DNA of 10,375 nt, taken from the IMG/VR virus record IMGVR_UViG_2690316347_000010; one strand, written 5' to 3'. The notes beneath the pieces are model-generated. The model was given only the letters and a program-made list of their open reading frames with translations. It was not told the origin of the DNA and did no database searches. Source of the DNA: a virus. Lineage: Duplodnaviria > Heunggongvirae > Uroviricota > Caudoviricetes. Positions within the stretch are counted from its first letter, which is position 1; each line of letters opens with the position of its first letter. Below, piece after piece: positions 6,972 to 10,375 of this stretch. The translations under genes and the position numbers were made by a program.

Positions 6972-9599
6972 CTAAACAACTCGTGTGCCAAGTCTGACAT
7001 CTCTCACATAGCGGGAATCAAAGTTACCGTAATCCGAGGGATTAACACGTCCCGTAATATTTATGGTTTTATTACTTTGAATGCTTCCGGAGACAAAGCG
7101 CATAACATGGACGTTATTAGCATAAACATCCAGATTACCATCGCCTTTTTGTTTAAAGCCCGTGTCATTATCACCCAATACAATCGAATTACCGCCAAGA
7201 GCACTGGATGTTCCGATACCCAGTGCACCATTCAGTTGACCACCAGATAACGGCAGTGCACCAACATCTCCTGCTGAAGGTTTTCTGGTGGTGTAAAATT
7301 CGGACCAGTCGGCTTCAAAACCATAACCATCACGGGCTGAACGATAAAAAATACCGCCATTTTTATAATTAATCCGAAACTGAGCTGCAGGACAACTTCC
7401 TTCTCCCATATAAAAATGAATAATTAACGTTGATGCACCACTAATAGTTGCGTTATAGGCTCCGCTACTCCAGTTCCATCCAACTGCTTTATCATTCGCA
7501 ACGGTGCTTCCTGTTTTCCCTAAGGCAAACGCACCAACATGACTTGCTTTTAATGTGATATCGGAGGAACCATCAAAAGCCACATTGCTTATTTTCCTGG
7601 CAGTTTTTAATTTTGCAGCTGTAGAAGCATTGCCGGATAGTTCACCAGAAAGGCCACCGCTGAATGTTTGTCGATTAGTCCAGGTATTCGCTGTACTGAG
7701 TAACGGTATTTTCTCCCCGCTTGTGCCGAGTTCTCGTAAACCGAGGTATTCGATAACGGCAGCAACGGTCGATTTCGCAAGAATATCCCGCCCGACTTTT
7801 GTCAGGGTTGCCAGGCTGGCGACATCATTCCCCGTAAAATACGGAAACTTGCCTGCCGCAGTAGTAAGTCCGGCCAGCGCCGTCAGGGTGGCATCTTTCG
7901 GTTGCTTACCCGCAAGCGCGTTAGTCATGGTGGTCGCAAAATTCGGGTCGTTGCCCAGCGCCGCAGCCAGCTCGTTCAGCGTGTTCAGTGCATCAGGTGA
8001 CGAATCTACAAGGGCGGCAATCGCAGCCATAACGAAAGCCGTGCTTGCGATTTGGGTATTATTCGTTCCCTGTCGCGCAGTTGGTGTTGTTGGCGTTCCG
8101 GTCAGTGCAGGACTATTTAAGGGCGCTTTCTTGTTCGTTTCACCCATTACCGCCTTAACCGCTTTTGGCGTTGCCGCCAGTGACTCGGAAGTGCTGTTGG
8201 TCGCACTGCTGAGCTGTACTATCCCCTTTTTCGTCGTGCTCGCATCCTCCAGCGCCACGGCGGATGCAATATCCTCTGCCCGTTTTGCTGCTGTCTCGGC
8301 GCGCGTTGCCGCGGATTCAGCAGCAACTTTGCTCTGAGATGCAGCCGTCGCACTGCCTGCCGCCTCTGATGCTTTCGTTGTTGCTGTCGTGGCACTACCT
8401 TTCGCTGCTGACGCTTGTCTGGTCGCCTCATCTTTTGAAGCAGACGCAGATGATGCCGATGACGCCGCTGAACTGGCTGACGATGCGGCTGCTGCCTTAG
8501 AGGAAGCAGCATTGTCTGCTGAAGTCTTTGCATTTGTTTCAGAGGTTTTTGCTGCAGAAGCAGACCTCGCTGCTGCAGTGGCTTGCTCAGTGGCTTTGCC
8601 AGCCTTCGTTGTGGCTGTTGAAGCGGATGATGCGGCGCTTTCTGCCGATTTTCCGGCGGCGGTGGCACTGGCTGAGGCCTGCCCGGCACTTGTTGACGCG
8701 GCACTGGCAGATAATGCAGCCGCTGTTTTTGAACCTGCCGCAGCTGAGGCGCTCTGTCCCGCTGCTGTTTCAGAAGACTTAGCGTTCGTCTCGGACGTTT
8801 TTGCCGCCTTCGCGGAATTTCCTGCCGCCGTTGCCGAGGAAGCTGCACTACTGGCACTTGATGATGCATTCGTTTCTGAAGATTTCGCTGCCTCTTTTGA
8901 GGCCGCCGCACCCCGTGCCGAGGTGGCAGCTTCTGACGCCTTCGTGGTCGCTGTGGATGCAGAAGTGGCTGCCGATTTTTGTGATGCTGCGGCATTCGTT
9001 TCTGACGTTTTCGCGGCACTGGCGCTGGTAGCTGCCGCGCTTTTTGATGACTCTGCAGCAGCACTTTTTGCTGCTTCACGGGCCTTTGTCGATGCCGTTC
9101 CTGCGCTGGAAGACGCTGACTGAGCCGACGACGCGGCCTGTCCGGCTGACGTGCTGGCGGCACGTGCTGAGGCTGCAGCATCGGTTGCATGAGTTGCCGC
9201 CTCGCTGGCTGATTTTTTCGCGGCTGCCGTATTCTGTGCAACCGCGGAGGCGTTACGTGACACCTCTTCCACCATCTGCTCAAAGCGGCGCAGTGCCTCC
9301 GGTCGGACATCATCCTCCGTCATGGCACCGAGAAAATCATTCAGCGTACCTGGTCTGGAACCTTCATAGACGGTAATGGTCCCGGCATGTGAAGGCGGAA
9401 AACCTTCAACCAGCAGGGTGACGCTGTACTGACCATGCTCAACATCCATGCTGTAACGTCCGGCTTCATCCGGATTTTCAGAGGCCACCGTGTTCACCAC
9501 CATCGTGCTGCTGGTTCGTCTGGCCTTCAGCACAATGGTGCAGTTCTGTACTGGTTTTCCTGTGCCATCTTTAAGCACGCCAGAAATTTTTACTGTCAT
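6972..9599 (-). CDS. stf: Side tail fibre protein Stf, full length (875 aa): conserved N-terminal domain, Ala/Ser-rich repetitive shaft, C-terminal receptor-binding domain
   Basis: N-terminus MTVKISGVLKDGTGKPVQNCTIVLKARR...GQYSVTLLVEGFPPSHAGTITVYE closely matches lambda/Rac Stf as I recall it. Long SETNA/Ala-Ser repeat region; C-terminal [14 protein letters not shown] fibre repeat. Lies downstream of lom as in lambda. Confidence 0.92.
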   Translation of the reverse strand: MTVKISGVLKDGTGKPVQNCTIVLKARRTSSTMVVNTVASENPDEAGRYSMDVEHGQYSVTLLVEGFPPSHAGTITVYEGSRPGTLNDFLGAMTEDDVRPEALRRFEQMVEEVSRNASAVAQNTAAAKKSASEAATHATDAAASARAASTSAGQAASSAQSASSSAGTASTKAREAAKSAAAESSKSAAATSASAAKTSETNAAASQKSAATSASTATTKASEAATSARGAAASKEAAKSSETNASSSASSAASSATAAGNSAKAAKTSETNAKSSETAAGQSASAAAGSKTAAALSASAASTSAGQASASATAAGKSAESAASSASTATTKAGKATEQATAAARSASAAKTSETNAKTSADNAASSKAAAASSASSAASSASSASASKDEATRQASAAKGSATTATTKASEAAGSATAASQSKVAAESAATRAETAAKRAEDIASAVALEDASTTKKGIVQLSSATNSTSESLAATPKAVKAVMGETNKKAPLNSPALTGTPTTPTARQGTNNTQIASTAFVMAAIAALVDSSPDALNTLNELAAALGNDPNFATTMTNALAGKQPKDATLTALAGLTTAAGKFPYFTGNDVASLATLTKVGRDILAKSTVAAVIEYLGLRELGTSGEKIPLLSTANTWTNRQTFSGGLSGELSGNASTAAKLKTARKISNVAFDGSSDITLKASHVGAFALGKTGSTVANDKAVGWNWSSGAYNATISGASTLIIHFYMGEGSCPAAQFRINYKNGGIFYRSARDGYGFEADWSEFYTTRKPSAGDVGALPLSGGQLNGALGIGTSSALGGNSIVLGDNDTGFKQKGDGNLDVYANNVHVMRFVSGSIQSNKTINITGRVNPSDYGNFDSRYVRDVRLGTRVV
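7731..7756 (+). other. gix/pix-like crossover site inside full-length stf (pixD)
   Basis: Identical to pixB (offset 4618); 22 of 26 match to pixC with the same central dinucleotide; encodes VIEYLGLRE. Confidence 0.7.
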
Positions 9600-9610
9600 A
9601 CTTTTCCACC

Positions 9611-9646
9611 AATAAAAAAAGCCCGCAGCAGTGACGCCACGGGCTT
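9611..9646 (-). terminator. Putative intrinsic terminator downstream of lom, just upstream of the stf start
   Basis: On the minus strand: 7-bp stem aagcccg/cgggctt with a 14-nt loop, followed by a run of T (A-run 9614..9620 on the plus strand). Confidence 0.5.
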
Positions 9647-9750
9647 CAGGACAGTGTAACTTTACGTTTCCTCAAACGCAGTTCACCCCATAAGGTGGAT
9701 GAACCTGCGTATCATAACAATATTTACAGAAGATAAATCGGCGTCTGTTG

Positions 9751-10350
9751 TCAGATACGGTATCCGATACCAACAATAAATGCATCCGTTCGCCAGTCAC
9801 CACTACCGGAACCTTCATAAGCAAGGTCAATGGTCACGGATTCGGTCGGGTTAAACTGCACGCCAGCCCCCCACGCCAGAGACGTGTTGCTGTGGCGACC
9901 GTCATCACTTCCGGTCAGCACATCGTGCGTTTTCCCCTTGTTGTCAGTTACGCGGAGATAATCCCCGGAGAAAGTCGACACACGGCTGTAAGCCACACCC
10001 ACCATCGCATACGCGCTGAACCATTCATTCACGCGTACAGACGGCCCCGCCATCACGCTGAACCAGCGGTTACGCACGGAATCTTCATGCCAGCGGGTAT
10101 CGCTGTAGTGCGTTTTTTGCTCATCCTCAGCATTGGCATAACTGAAGGACGTAATCAGCCCCAGCGCGTCCGTAAACTCATAACGGTATTTCACGTTAAT
10201 CCCGTTCAGATTATCGCTGCCGGGAGCGTTCGTACGGGCATGAAGATACCCCGCGCTCAGTGTGGACTGATGTTCAGACGCCCATGCAGGCGCACCGGAT
10301 ACGGACAGACAGATGGCTGCGGACAAAATGGCTGCACAAACTTTACGCAT
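9751..10350 (-). CDS. lom: Lom outer-membrane protein (Ail/PagC/OmpX family), with signal peptide
   Basis: MRKVCAAILSAAICLSVSGAPAWA signal peptide followed by SEHQSTLSAGYLHA...; near-identical by recall to phage lambda Lom. GAGAGG Shine-Dalgarno upstream of the ATG. Lies upstream of stf as in lambda. Confidence 0.93.
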   Translation of the reverse strand: MRKVCAAILSAAICLSVSGAPAWASEHQSTLSAGYLHARTNAPGSDNLNGINVKYRYEFTDALGLITSFSYANAEDEQKTHYSDTRWHEDSVRNRWFSVMAGPSVRVNEWFSAYAMVGVAYSRVSTFSGDYLRVTDNKGKTHDVLTGSDDGRHSNTSLAWGAGVQFNPTESVTIDLAYEGSGSGDWRTDAFIVGIGYRI

Positions 10351-10375
10351 AATTACCTCTCGCTTTTCTGCAATA

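Larger units (their letters stand above)
6801..8880. repeat. Direct repeat R2', copy 2, inside full-length stf
   Basis: See R2. Confidence 0.85.

Noticed and set aside
2183-8880. Diversity-generating retroelement (template/variable repeat pair targeting the tail fibre)
   Set aside because: The repeats are kilobase-long and essentially identical rather than about 100 bp with adenine-specific substitutions, and no reverse transcriptase ORF is present in the window.
8389-9123. Plus-strand ORFs antisense to stf (244 aa Ala/Asp-rich; also 7555..8337, 8264..8500, 8528..8782, 8801..9031, 9044..9376, 9435..9659 and their copies at 2937..3719, 3646..3882, 3771..4328, 3910..4164)
   Set aside because: Antisense or out-of-frame reading of the repetitive stf coding region. 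No ribosome-binding sites, low-complexity products, and they are duplicated only because stf is duplicated.
8219-9313. 364-aa minus-strand ORF rich in Arg/Gln/Pro (also the 216-aa copy at 3601..4251)
   Set aside because: It is an alternate frame of the Ala/Ser-rich stf shaft. Its low-complexity basic composition is a by-product of the GC-rich repeat. The stf frame is the one with family resemblance and a proper start and Shine-Dalgarno.
1-10375. CRISPR array, tRNA/rRNA genes, or an IS element/transposase to explain the repeats
   Set aside because: No short regularly spaced direct repeats, no tRNA-like structures noticed, and no transposase-like ORF. The repeats are explained by duplicated phage modules and invertase sites.

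Overview
This window looks like the lom–side tail fibre (stf)–tail fibre assembly (tfa) end of a lambdoid prophage late region, of the E. coli/Shigella type, with almost every gene on the minus strand. It carries a Pin/Gin/Hin-type invertible host-range switch in an unusual, duplicated form. Reading the minus strand from right to left: lom (9751..10350), a terminator, a full-length 875-aa stf (6972..9599) with an Ala/Ser-rich shaft, a 48-aa ORF separated from stf by a single in-frame TAG, and a class I SAM-methyltransferase-like gene (6157..6819) in the slot where a tfa chaperone is expected. Next come a decayed pin invertase (5776..~6102, + strand, three in-frame stops), a 26-bp crossover site, a silent alternative fibre C-terminal cassette (280-aa ORF) with its tfa (187-aa ORF), and then a second, 5'-truncated copy of stf with the 48-aa ORF and a different tfa (177-aa ORF). 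The window ends on the left with a convergent, inverted second copy of the cassette + tfa + crossover site + pin 5' end. Two large repeat families appear identical by eye: an inverted pair of about 1.65 kb (1..1655 and 4263..5917) and a direct pair of about 2.08 kb (2183..4262 and 6801..8880, one mismatch seen at the left edge). There are four gix/pix-like sites (197..222, 3113..3138, 5696..5721, 7731..7756), and the reading frame is preserved across them, so recombination would fuse the stf constant region in frame to the alternative C-terminus. All functional names rest on my recall of protein families; no database search was run. The perfect large repeats could equally be an assembly artefact and need long-read confirmation.
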